Assembly: GCF_000186885.1 (NCBI RefSeq)
Contig: NC_014972.1
Coordinates: 2,250,001 to 2,282,000 of the forward strand
Direction: 5' to 3'
Origin: Desulfobulbus propionicus DSM 2032
GTDB lineage: Bacteria; Desulfobacterota; Desulfobulbia; Desulfobulbales; Desulfobulbaceae
DNA: 32,000 nucleotides
The position numbers and the translations under genes are program-made. Under the pieces are notes generated by a model. It had not been told where the DNA came from. It ran no database searches and worked only from the letters and a program-made list of their open reading frames with translations. Positions 25,267 to 32,000 of this stretch are shown piece by piece (position 1 is the first letter of the stretch; every line of letters starts with the position of its first letter).

Positions 25267-26436
25267 ATGTCCCTGAAAAAAGTTTCTCTGTTGCTTGTAC
25301 CGGTGCTGGCCATCGGTTTCTTTGCCGGCTACCGTTTCCTGACCCGGGAACAGCCGATCAAGGTGACGGTACAGGCCGTGGATCGCGGCCTGGTCGAGGC
25401 CACGGTGGCCAATACCCGCGCCGGCACGGTCAAGGCCCGCAACCGGGCCAACCTGACCCCGCCCATCGGCGGCCAGATCGCCACCCTCCATGTGCGCAAG
25501 GCCGACACGGTCAAGGCCGGCCAGATCCTGCTCACCCTGTGGAACAAGGATCTGCAGGCGGAACTGCAACTGGCACGAAGTGAGACCATTGCCGCCGAAG
25601 CCGCCGTGCGGGAAAACTGTCTGATGGCCGATCTGGCTGAGCGCCAGGCCGCGCGTCAGCGCGAATTGCGGACCACCAAGGCCACCTCGGAATCCAAATA
25701 CGACGAGGCCCAGGCCACGGCCCGCGCCCGGCGGGCGGCCTGCGAGGCTGCCACGGCGCGGCGGGCGGTGAGCGCCGCCCGGGTCAAGGCCACCGAGGCC
25801 ACCCTGGAACGGACCATCCTCATTGCCCCCTTCGACGGCATCGTCGCCGAGGTTAACGGCGAGGTCGGCGAGTATCTGACACCGTCGCCGCCGGGCATCG
25901 CCACCCTGCCGGCGGTGGATCTGATCAACATGCAGTCGCTCTACGTGGCCGCGCCCATCGACGAGATCGATGCGGCCCAGATCCGGCCCGGCATGGCGGT
26001 GCGCATCAGTCTCGATGCCTTTCCCAAGCAGAGCTTTCCGGGCACGGTGCACAGCATCTCGCCCTATGTGCTCGAGGTGGCCAAGCAGGCGCGCACGGTG
26101 GAGATCGAGGCCGACTTTGCCCAGAATGCCGCTCCACCCAACCTGCTGGCCGGGTACAGCGCCGATGTCGAGATCATCCTCGCTACCCGGCCGCAGGTCA
26201 TGCGCATCCCCTCCGAGGCCCTGCTGGGTGATGGGTCGGTCTACTTGCTCGATCCCAAAAGCAAGCGGGTCGAGCGCCGCAGGGTGACCACCGGTCTGGC
26301 CAATTGGAAATTCACCGAGGTCAGCGCCGGCCTGCAGCCAGGCGAGACGGTAGTGACCTCCATCGACCGCCAGGGCTTGGCCGATGGCGTGCTGGTCGAG
26401 GTGGAGCAACCCGCCCGGACAGTGGCCACGCCATGA
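25267..26436 (+). CDS. Periplasmic adaptor (membrane fusion protein, HlyD/MacA family)
   Basis: N-terminal TM anchor, a biotinyl/lipoyl-like hairpin (GGQIATLHVRKADTVKAGQILLTL), a long coiled coil (QAELQLARSE...) and a beta-barrel (IAPFDGIVAEV). Confidence 0.9.
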   Translation: MSLKKVSLLLVPVLAIGFFAGYRFLTREQPIKVTVQAVDRGLVEATVANTRAGTVKARNRANLTPPIGGQIATLHVRKADTVKAGQILLTLWNKDLQAELQLARSETIAAEAAVRENCLMADLAERQAARQRELRTTKATSESKYDEAQATARARRAACEAATARRAVSAARVKATEATLERTILIAPFDGIVAEVNGEVGEYLTPSPPGIATLPAVDLINMQSLYVAAPIDEIDAAQIRPGMAVRISLDAFPKQSFPGTVHSISPYVLEVAKQARTVEIEADFAQNAAPPNLLAGYSADVEIILATRPQVMRIPSEALLGDGSVYLLDPKSKRVERRRVTTGLANWKFTEVSAGLQPGETVVTSIDRQGLADGVLVEVEQPARTVATP

Positions 26437-27110
26437 TCGAACTGCGCGAGGTCAGCCGCATCTTTCATGTCGGTGGTCAGGAGGTGTGGGCCATGGACCG
26501 CATTTCGCTCACCATCGCGCCGGGCGAATACCTCTCCATCATGGGCCCCTCGGGCTCGGGCAAATCGACCTTGCTCAACACCCTGGGCTTGCTCGACACC
26601 CCGGACAGCGGCACCTACCTGCTCGAAGGCCAGGACGTCACCAGCCTCGACGACCGCCAACTGGCCGCCACCCGCAGCCGCAAGATCGGTTTCATCTTCC
26701 AGTTTTTCCATCTCATTCCCCGCCTCACCGCCCAGCAGAACATCGAACTGCCCCTGCTGCTGGCCGGCGTCGCGCGCCGCGAACGAACCGAACGCAGCAC
26801 GCCTCTGCTGGAGGCCTTTGGCCTGACCGCGCGGCGCCACCACAAACCGGACGAACTTTCCGGCGGCCAGCGCCAGCGGGTGGCCATTGCCCGGGCGGTG
26901 ATCAACCGGCCGACCGTGCTGCTGGCCGACGAGCCCACCGGCAACCTCGACCGCCACTCCGGCACCGACATCATCGAACTGCTGGAGGAGCTGAACCAGC
27001 GCGGGCTGACGTTGGTGATCGTCACCCACGATCCGGAGATCGGCGAGCGGGCACGGCGGCAGATCCGGGTGGTGGACGGCCGTATCGCCGCCGACAGCCG
27101 CAGGAACTGA
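26433..27110 (+). CDS. ABC transporter ATP-binding protein (MacB/LolD-type)
   Basis: Walker A GPSGSGKST, Q-loop, signature LSGGQRQR, and Walker B LLADEPTGNLD. The ATG overlaps the adaptor stop (ATGA at 26433-26436). Confidence 0.95.
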   Translation: MIELREVSRIFHVGGQEVWAMDRISLTIAPGEYLSIMGPSGSGKSTLLNTLGLLDTPDSGTYLLEGQDVTSLDDRQLAATRSRKIGFIFQFFHLIPRLTAQQNIELPLLLAGVARRERTERSTPLLEAFGLTARRHHKPDELSGGQRQRVAIARAVINRPTVLLADEPTGNLDRHSGTDIIELLEELNQRGLTLVIVTHDPEIGERARRQIRVVDGRIAADSRRN

Positions 27111-27113
27111 ACC

Positions 27114-28322
27114 ATGCGGCCCCTGGATGCCCTCGGTTTTGCCTGTGCCTCGCTGGGTTCCAACCGGGTGCGCACCCTGCTGATGCTGTTGGCGATGAGT
27201 ATCGGCGTGGCCGCAGTGGTCCTGCTCACCGGCATCGGCAACGGCGCCCGACTCTACATTGTCAACCAGTTCGCCTCCTTGGGCACCAACCTGGTGATCG
27301 TCATTCCCGGCCGAACCGAAACCGCGGCCAACACCCCGGCCGCCCTGGTGGGCGAGACCCCGCGCGACCTCACCCTGGCCGATGCCCGGGCCCTGGCCCG
27401 TGGTGACGCGGTGAAGCGCCTGACCCCGATCAACATCGGCGAGATGAACATCGGTTGGCGCGGCAAGGAGCGGCAGGTGCCGCTGGTCGGTTCCACCGCG
27501 CCCATCCTCGACATCCACCACCTCAAGCTCGATCGCGGCACCTTCCTCCCCGATGACGACATGGAACTGGCCCGGCCGGTGTGCGTCATCGGCGCCAAGG
27601 TCTACCGCGAGCTGTTCGGCCAGCAGAACGCGCTCGGCGAATTGGTGCGCCTCGGCGGCTTCCGCTGCCGGGTGATCGGCATCCTTGGTTCCGAGGGCCG
27701 TTCGCTCGGCCTGGACACCGAGGAGTTGGTGATCGTGCCGGTGGCCTTTGCCCAGATGCTGCTCAACACCGAAGGACTGTTCCGCATCCTCATCGAGGCC
27801 ACCGACCTCGGTGCCATCGACCGGCTCAAGACCCACATCACCACCACCATCGCCAAGCGCCACTACGGCGAGGAAGACGTGACCATCATCACCCAGGACT
27901 CGGTCCTGACCACCTTCGACAAGATCCTCCGGGTGCTGACCCTGACCGTGGCCGGGATTGCCGGCATCAGTCTGGTGGTGGCGGGCATCCTCATCATGAA
28001 CGTGATGCTCATGGCCGTGGCCCAGCGCACCGCCGAGATCGGCCTGTGCAAGGCTCTGGGCGCGGGCCAGCTGCAGGTCATGGCCCTGATCGTCACCGAG
28101 GCCCTGCTGCTCTCCACCATCGGCGGCCTGATCGGCCTGGGCCTTGGGTTTGGCGGCGCTTGGCTGGCGGTCCAATTCTACCCCACCCTGCAGACCACGC
28201 CGCCGCCCTGGGCCATCGGTGCCGCCCTGGGCACGGCGCTGGGCACCGGATTTATTTTTTCGCTGCTGCCCGCCCGCCGCGCGGCCCGACTCGATCCCAT
28301 CCAGGCCCTGGCCCGCCACTGA
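27114..28322 (+). CDS. ABC transporter permease, FtsX/MacB-type (periplasmic domain between TM1 and TM2)
   Basis: 402 aa. N-terminus ...ASLGSNRVRTLLMLLAMSIGVAAVVLL and a C-terminal FtsX-type three-helix bundle ending ...PARRAARLDPIQALARH. Confidence 0.9.
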   Translation: MRPLDALGFACASLGSNRVRTLLMLLAMSIGVAAVVLLTGIGNGARLYIVNQFASLGTNLVIVIPGRTETAANTPAALVGETPRDLTLADARALARGDAVKRLTPINIGEMNIGWRGKERQVPLVGSTAPILDIHHLKLDRGTFLPDDDMELARPVCVIGAKVYRELFGQQNALGELVRLGGFRCRVIGILGSEGRSLGLDTEELVIVPVAFAQMLLNTEGLFRILIEATDLGAIDRLKTHITTTIAKRHYGEEDVTIITQDSVLTTFDKILRVLTLTVAGIAGISLVVAGILIMNVMLMAVAQRTAEIGLCKALGAGQLQVMALIVTEALLLSTIGGLIGLGLGFGGAWLAVQFYPTLQTTPPPWAIGAALGTALGTGFIFSLLPARRAARLDPIQALARH

Positions 28323-28328
28323 CGCCCC

Positions 28329-29528
28329 ATGGATTTTTTCGACCAGCTCCAGTTCATCACCACTTCCATCCGGGCCAAGCGGTTGCACTCCTTTCTCACC
28401 GGCCTGGGCATCGCGGTGGGCATCGCCGCGGTCATTCTGCTGACCTCCATGGGCGAGGGCTTGCAGCGGTTCGTGCTCGCCGAGTTCACCCAGTTCGGCA
28501 CCAACCTGATCGCCATCAATCCGGGCAAGGTGACCACCATGGGCACTTCGCTGGGGGTGATCGGTTCGGAACGATTGCTCACCCTGGAGGATGCCGACGC
28601 CCTGCGCGGGCTGCCCGGCATCGAGGCTGCCGTACCCATGATCCAGGGCAACGCCGAGGTCAAGGCTGGCAACCGAACCCGGCGAATCACCCTCTACGGC
28701 GTTGGCCCGGAAATGGACCGGGCCTTTCGCATGCGGGTGCAGAGCGGCCGTTTCCTGCCGCCCGACGATGCCCGCACCGCCCGCGCCTTTGTCGTCCTGG
28801 GCCACAAGGTACGGCAGGAACTGTTCCCGGATCGCAATCCGCTTGGCGAACGGGTGCAGATCGGCAACCAGCCGGCGCGGGTGATCGGGGTGATGGAATC
28901 CAAGGGCCAGATCCTCGGCTTTGACATGGACGACACCCTCTACCTCCCGGCGGTGCGCGCCTTGGATCTGTTCAACCGTGACGGTCTGATGGAGATCGAC
29001 ATCCTCTACCGCGAGGGAGCCGAGGCCAGCGAGGTCGTGGCGGCGATCAAACGGCTGCTCCTGGCCCGCCATGGCCAAGAGGACTTCACCATCACCACCC
29101 AGCAGCAGATGCTCGACGTACTTGGCTCGGTGCTGGGCATGCTGACCGTGGCGGTCGGCGCCTTGGGCGGCATTTCGCTGTTGGTGGGCAGTGTCGGCAT
29201 TTTCACCGTCATGACCATCGCCGTTCGCGAACGCACCGGCGAGATTGGCCTGCTGCGGGCCATCGGCGCCACCAAAGCCCAGATCCTGCTCTTCTTTCTC
29301 TTTGAGGGCACCCTGCTCTCCGCCCTGGGCGGCGCGGCCGGACTGGGGGCGGGCTTTGTCTGCGCCACCTTGATTCACTTTTTCGTGCCGCTCCTGCCGG
29401 TGCACACCCCCTGGACCTTCATCGTCCTCGCCGAACTGGTGGCCCTGGCCATCGGCATCCTCGCCTCGATCCTGCCCGCCCGTCAGGCGGCCCGGCTCAA
29501 TCCCCTGGAGGCCTTGCGCTCGGAATAG
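28329..29528 (+). CDS. Second ABC transporter permease, FtsX/MacB-type (paralogue of the preceding gene)
   Basis: 399 aa: ...IRAKRLHSFLTGLGIAVGIAAVILL..., ...PARQAARLNPLEALRSE. Same architecture as 27114-28322 but diverged. Confidence 0.9.
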   Translation: MDFFDQLQFITTSIRAKRLHSFLTGLGIAVGIAAVILLTSMGEGLQRFVLAEFTQFGTNLIAINPGKVTTMGTSLGVIGSERLLTLEDADALRGLPGIEAAVPMIQGNAEVKAGNRTRRITLYGVGPEMDRAFRMRVQSGRFLPPDDARTARAFVVLGHKVRQELFPDRNPLGERVQIGNQPARVIGVMESKGQILGFDMDDTLYLPAVRALDLFNRDGLMEIDILYREGAEASEVVAAIKRLLLARHGQEDFTITTQQQMLDVLGSVLGMLTVAVGALGGISLLVGSVGIFTVMTIAVRERTGEIGLLRAIGATKAQILLFFLFEGTLLSALGGAAGLGAGFVCATLIHFFVPLLPVHTPWTFIVLAELVALAIGILASILPARQAARLNPLEALRSE

Positions 29529-29654
29529 CAGCCCCACATCGCCAAGCACTTTTTTCCTTTCCTTTTGGCGCCGATCTCTGCACAATGGCTCAGGAAACGG
29601 ACCCGCAGCCATTGACCATCGCTGGCTGTCTCATCATCACCCATGGAGCAAAAC

Positions 29655-30038
29655 ATGTTACGAGATTTAGCCCTGGCCGCCAAGGCGGCCTGCAGCAAGG
29701 AAGATCAGGAAAGCCTGGTGCCGCTGGTACAGCAGTTGCGCGATCTGGGAGAAGTAGCCTTCAAACGGGGCCTGCTCGCCCTGGAAGGCGAACTGATGCA
29801 GATCAAGGACCCCTTTCTTAAACTGGGCATCCAGCTGATCGTCGACAAGACCGAGCCGGAAAACGTCCAGGACATTCTCGATTCGGACATTTATTACAAC
29901 GAATCCAATGGTCGCGAACTGTTGAAAAAAATCATCATCCGCGAGGGGCTGCTCCGTATCCAGGCCGGTGACAACGCCCGCAACATCCTTATCTGCACCA
30001 AGATCTTTCTCGGCAAGGTCGAGCCGGGCGTGTGGTGA
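29655..30038 (+). CDS. Soluble protein resembling the cytoplasmic domain of flagellar stator protein MotA, without any TM helix
   Basis: RGLLALEGELMQIKDPFLKLGIQLIVDKTEPENVQDILDSDI resembles the MotA TM2-TM3 loop (compare B. subtilis REGLLALEASIEDVDDAFLKNGLSMAVDGQSAEFIRDIMTEEV, from memory). No hydrophobic stretch is long enough for a TM helix. GGAG lies 6 nt before the ATG at 29655, which is preferred over 29643. Confidence 0.55.
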   Translation: MLRDLALAAKAACSKEDQESLVPLVQQLRDLGEVAFKRGLLALEGELMQIKDPFLKLGIQLIVDKTEPENVQDILDSDIYYNESNGRELLKKIIIREGLLRIQAGDNARNILICTKIFLGKVEPGVW

Positions 30039-30156
30039 GGGAATAAAGAAGGGGTTAGGGAATCTTTCGTCAGGTTGGCGAAGCGGCCAAGTCCTGACCA
30101 GAGGAGAGATCGCAACCGCCGGTCGCAATGCACAACGACCCGCACCAGGAGGCCCG

Positions 30157-30411
30157 ATGTCGGATTCAAACAACACGAAATTCATCGACCTGCCCCGTGA
30201 ACAACAGCTGGCCGAAGTGCACAGCCGCTTCCAATATCGAGAAGGATCGGGCTGGTACACCGGCGAGGGCGTCTTTGCCGGCAGGGACGAGGCCGATGTC
30301 ATCGCCGCCCTGATCGATCTTGAGGACGCGGAGATCAATGCCGTGGGCGACTGCATGACCGGTTATTGCCCTCTGCAGCCGAAATTGGAGGATTTCGTCC
30401 GCAAACCGTGA
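30157..30411 (+). CDS. Hypothetical small acidic protein (84 aa)
   Basis: AGGAGG lies 5 nt upstream of the ATG at 30157. Product: MSDSNNTKFIDLPREQQLAEVHSRFQYREGSGWYTGEGVFAGRDEADVIAALIDLEDAEINAVGDCMTGYCPLQPKLEDFVRKP. The upstream part of the 147-aa track ORF overlaps the previous gene out of frame and is rejected. Confidence 0.5.
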   Translation: MSDSNNTKFIDLPREQQLAEVHSRFQYREGSGWYTGEGVFAGRDEADVIAALIDLEDAEINAVGDCMTGYCPLQPKLEDFVRKP

Positions 30412-30720
30412 CGGGGATGCGCTGCAAGGCGCGAAGGAGGCCGGTTCATCGCCTGACCTCCTATTCCTAGCAAGAAATCCTTGACGTTACAGAATAGCCG
30501 TTTGCTTATTGGCCAAGCTGGTCATAGGGCGAACAGCATGACACGACTTGGGCAGCATCGTATCCCGTGCACACGGAAGGGTGAGCGTCTTTTGACGACG
30601 TCTTCTTCAAGAGAAGGATCATTCAAAAATAAAAACAACCTATTAATTGCCTAACTAAGTTGCTTATCAATATTATTGTGTGGTCAATATTCTAAAAATT
30701 CGAACAGGCGAAGGGTGATC

Positions 30721-31239
30721 ATGAAAAAACACAATACGGTTAACATGCTTCTCACGAGTTACCTCCTTTTCCTTTTTCCATGTTGTGTTGTCGCGAGTGA
30801 GCATAAACAAAACGAAACCAGGCATTTCGACCCTGTAACCAACGGAATTTTTAAGCAAACCTGCGGAGCATGCCATTTTGCTTATCAGCCAGGCCTGCTT
30901 CCTTCAGGGTCATGGGAAAAAATTCTTTCCAATCTGCCCTCTCATTTCGGTGAAGAAATCACTTTAGAGGAAAAATCAAAAAACCTTATCAATGAATATG
31001 TGCGAGCAAACTCTGCTGAATACTCATCGGCTAAAAGAGCAAAAAAAATCTTAAAAAGTCTAGCGGGCCAAACACCGTTACGGATTACAGAAATACCGTA
31101 TATCCGTGAAAAACATCGCGAACTGGATGCAAACATTTTTAGTAAACCATCAATTGGTTCCCGTTCCAATTGCATAGCCTGTCATTCTGCCGCTGAGCAA
31201 GGCAACTACGATGATGATTTCGTGAAAATTCCAAACTAA
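30721..31239 (+). CDS. Diheme cytochrome c (DHC family-like), periplasmic
   Basis: From the ATG at 30721 (172 aa): signal peptide MKKHNTVNMLLTSYLLFLFPCCVVAS and two widely spaced CXXCH motifs (CGACH, CIACH), with C-terminus ...NCIACHSAAEQGNYDDD. The gene is markedly AT-richer than its surroundings. Confidence 0.75.
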   Translation: MKKHNTVNMLLTSYLLFLFPCCVVASEHKQNETRHFDPVTNGIFKQTCGACHFAYQPGLLPSGSWEKILSNLPSHFGEEITLEEKSKNLINEYVRANSAEYSSAKRAKKILKSLAGQTPLRITEIPYIREKHRELDANIFSKPSIGSRSNCIACHSAAEQGNYDDDFVKIPN

Positions 31240-31394
31240 TTCTTTTGTTACGATTGTTCCCACGCTTTTGCGTGAGAATACAGCACTGGACGCTCCTGCG
31301 TTCCGTCCCGTTTGGTTGATCGACCGGGTAGGGTGCAGGGGAAGGGGTGATTTCAAGTCCAAACAGGAGCAACTGCTTTTCAACCGAGTTTACC

Positions 31395-32000
31395 ATGGAC
31401 AACACCCGATACATCATCGCAGGCAGTTGCATCGATGGCTGGAGTGGTACGGTGCGCAAAGAAATCGTGCTTGCGCTCAAGGACGGGCGCATCACGGCGA
31501 TGGGCGAGCGCAGCGAATTGCCCCGTGATCCAGGGGCGACCGTCGATGACCTCTCCCATTGCACCATCGTGCCGCCGTTGATCGACTGCAGCGTTGCCCT
31601 GGCGCGGTCGCCCGCGATTGATCCGCGGCTACGGGCAGATATGGAGCAAGCCAACCCCGAACGGCAGGCCGCGTTGGTTAATCGGCACATCGGATATTGC
31701 CTGGCCCACGGTGTGCTGGGCGTGGTCGACAGTAACACCCCCGAGGCGTTGCTTGCCCGGTATCGCGGTACAACAGCGCCGGAACAGGCCCTGTCCATTT
31801 GCTCAGCCGGTTGTATCGGCATCGAGAAGGGCCAAGGTGCGACACCCAGGACGCTTGGCCCTCCTATCCACAGAATCGGATACTCCAACGATATCGAACA
31901 GACCGGAATTTCCGAACCGAACTTGGGCGGCGACGCACTGCGCCACCTGTTGGCACAATCCGGGAGTGGCAGGAAGGTGGTGGTCGCCAATGGGCCTCAG
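31395..32000 (+). CDS. Amidohydrolase-superfamily-like protein, N-terminal part (3' end outside window)
   Basis: I translated by hand from the ATG at 31395 and found 202 codons with no stop to the window edge. It is absent from the ORF track because it has no stop. MDNTRYIIAGSCIDGWSGTVRKEIVLALKDGRITAMG...DLSHCTIVPPLIDCSVAL follows the amidohydrolase N-terminal pattern, but the usual HxH after PGLID is replaced by CSV. The antisense 283-aa ORF looks like noise. Confidence 0.5.
   Translation, partial: MDNTRYIIAGSCIDGWSGTVRKEIVLALKDGRITAMGERSELPRDPGATVDDLSHCTIVPPLIDCSVALARSPAIDPRLRADMEQANPERQAALVNRHIGYCLAHGVLGVVDSNTPEALLARYRGTTAPEQALSICSAGCIGIEKGQGATPRTLGPPIHRIGYSNDIEQTGISEPNLGGDALRHLLAQSGSGRKVVVANGPQ

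Noticed and set aside
24226-26409. 727-aa minus-strand ORF
   Set aside because: It is antisense to the PG-binding hydrolase and the membrane fusion protein, and is the same shadow-frame artefact.
26241-29612. 1123-aa minus-strand ORF
   Set aside because: It is antisense to the ABC ATPase and both permease genes. The composition is Gly/Ala/Asp/Arg/Gln-rich noise. The plus-strand genes carry Walker/signature motifs and FtsX topology.
31139-31990. 283-aa minus-strand ORF at the window end
   Set aside because: The translation is Ser/Arg/Pro-rich and runs into the diheme cytochrome gene. The plus-strand frame from 31395 is open to the window edge and gives an amidohydrolase-like N-terminus.

Overview
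High-GC (roughly 60-67% in hand-counted samples) chromosomal segment from an anaerobic, multiheme-cytochrome-rich bacterium. The gene content looks Desulfobacterota-like, but that is inference only. All calls rest on motifs read from the supplied translations and DNA; no searches were run. I support about 35 protein genes and no rRNA, tRNA, CRISPR array, transposase or integrase.

Layout:
- 1-1.7 kb: system II cytochrome c biogenesis (resB tail, ccsA) plus a tetraheme cytochrome c3.
- 1.8-9.9 kb: a co-directional minus-strand housekeeping array of glyS, a degenerate FolE2-like gene, a CheY-like receiver, galT-like, dksA, moaC, dnaJ, rpoZ and purA.
- 10.3-12.4 kb: nrfHA cytochrome c nitrite reductase, with a candidate sigma-54 promoter and tandem palindromic upstream sites. 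A YgbA-like gene and tatBC run divergently from it.
- 14.6-18.8 kb: a minus-strand block of four poorly characterised genes. They are an SPFH protein with three zinc ribbons, an internally duplicated double-zinc-ribbon protein, a CDA-fold deaminase and a radical-SAM/SPASM-like enzyme.
- 19.3-23.5 kb: a eukaryote-type PFK-2/FBPase-2 and pepN.
- 23.9-29.5 kb: a small YeaQ/GlsB membrane protein, a signal-less peptidoglycan-binding GH46-like hydrolase, and a MacAB-type exporter with two separate permeases.
- 29.6-32.0 kb: a TM-less MotA-cytoplasmic-domain-like protein, a small orphan, a low-GC islet carrying a diheme cytochrome c, and a partial amidohydrolase-like gene.

The best candidate for an undescribed system is the 14.6-18.8 kb block, made of two tightly coupled gene pairs. 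Secondary leads are the soluble MotA-like protein, the catalytically degenerate FolE2 homologue and the nrfHA regulatory architecture. Several very long ORFs (up to 1151 aa) are antisense artefacts of GC-rich coding sequence and are rejected.
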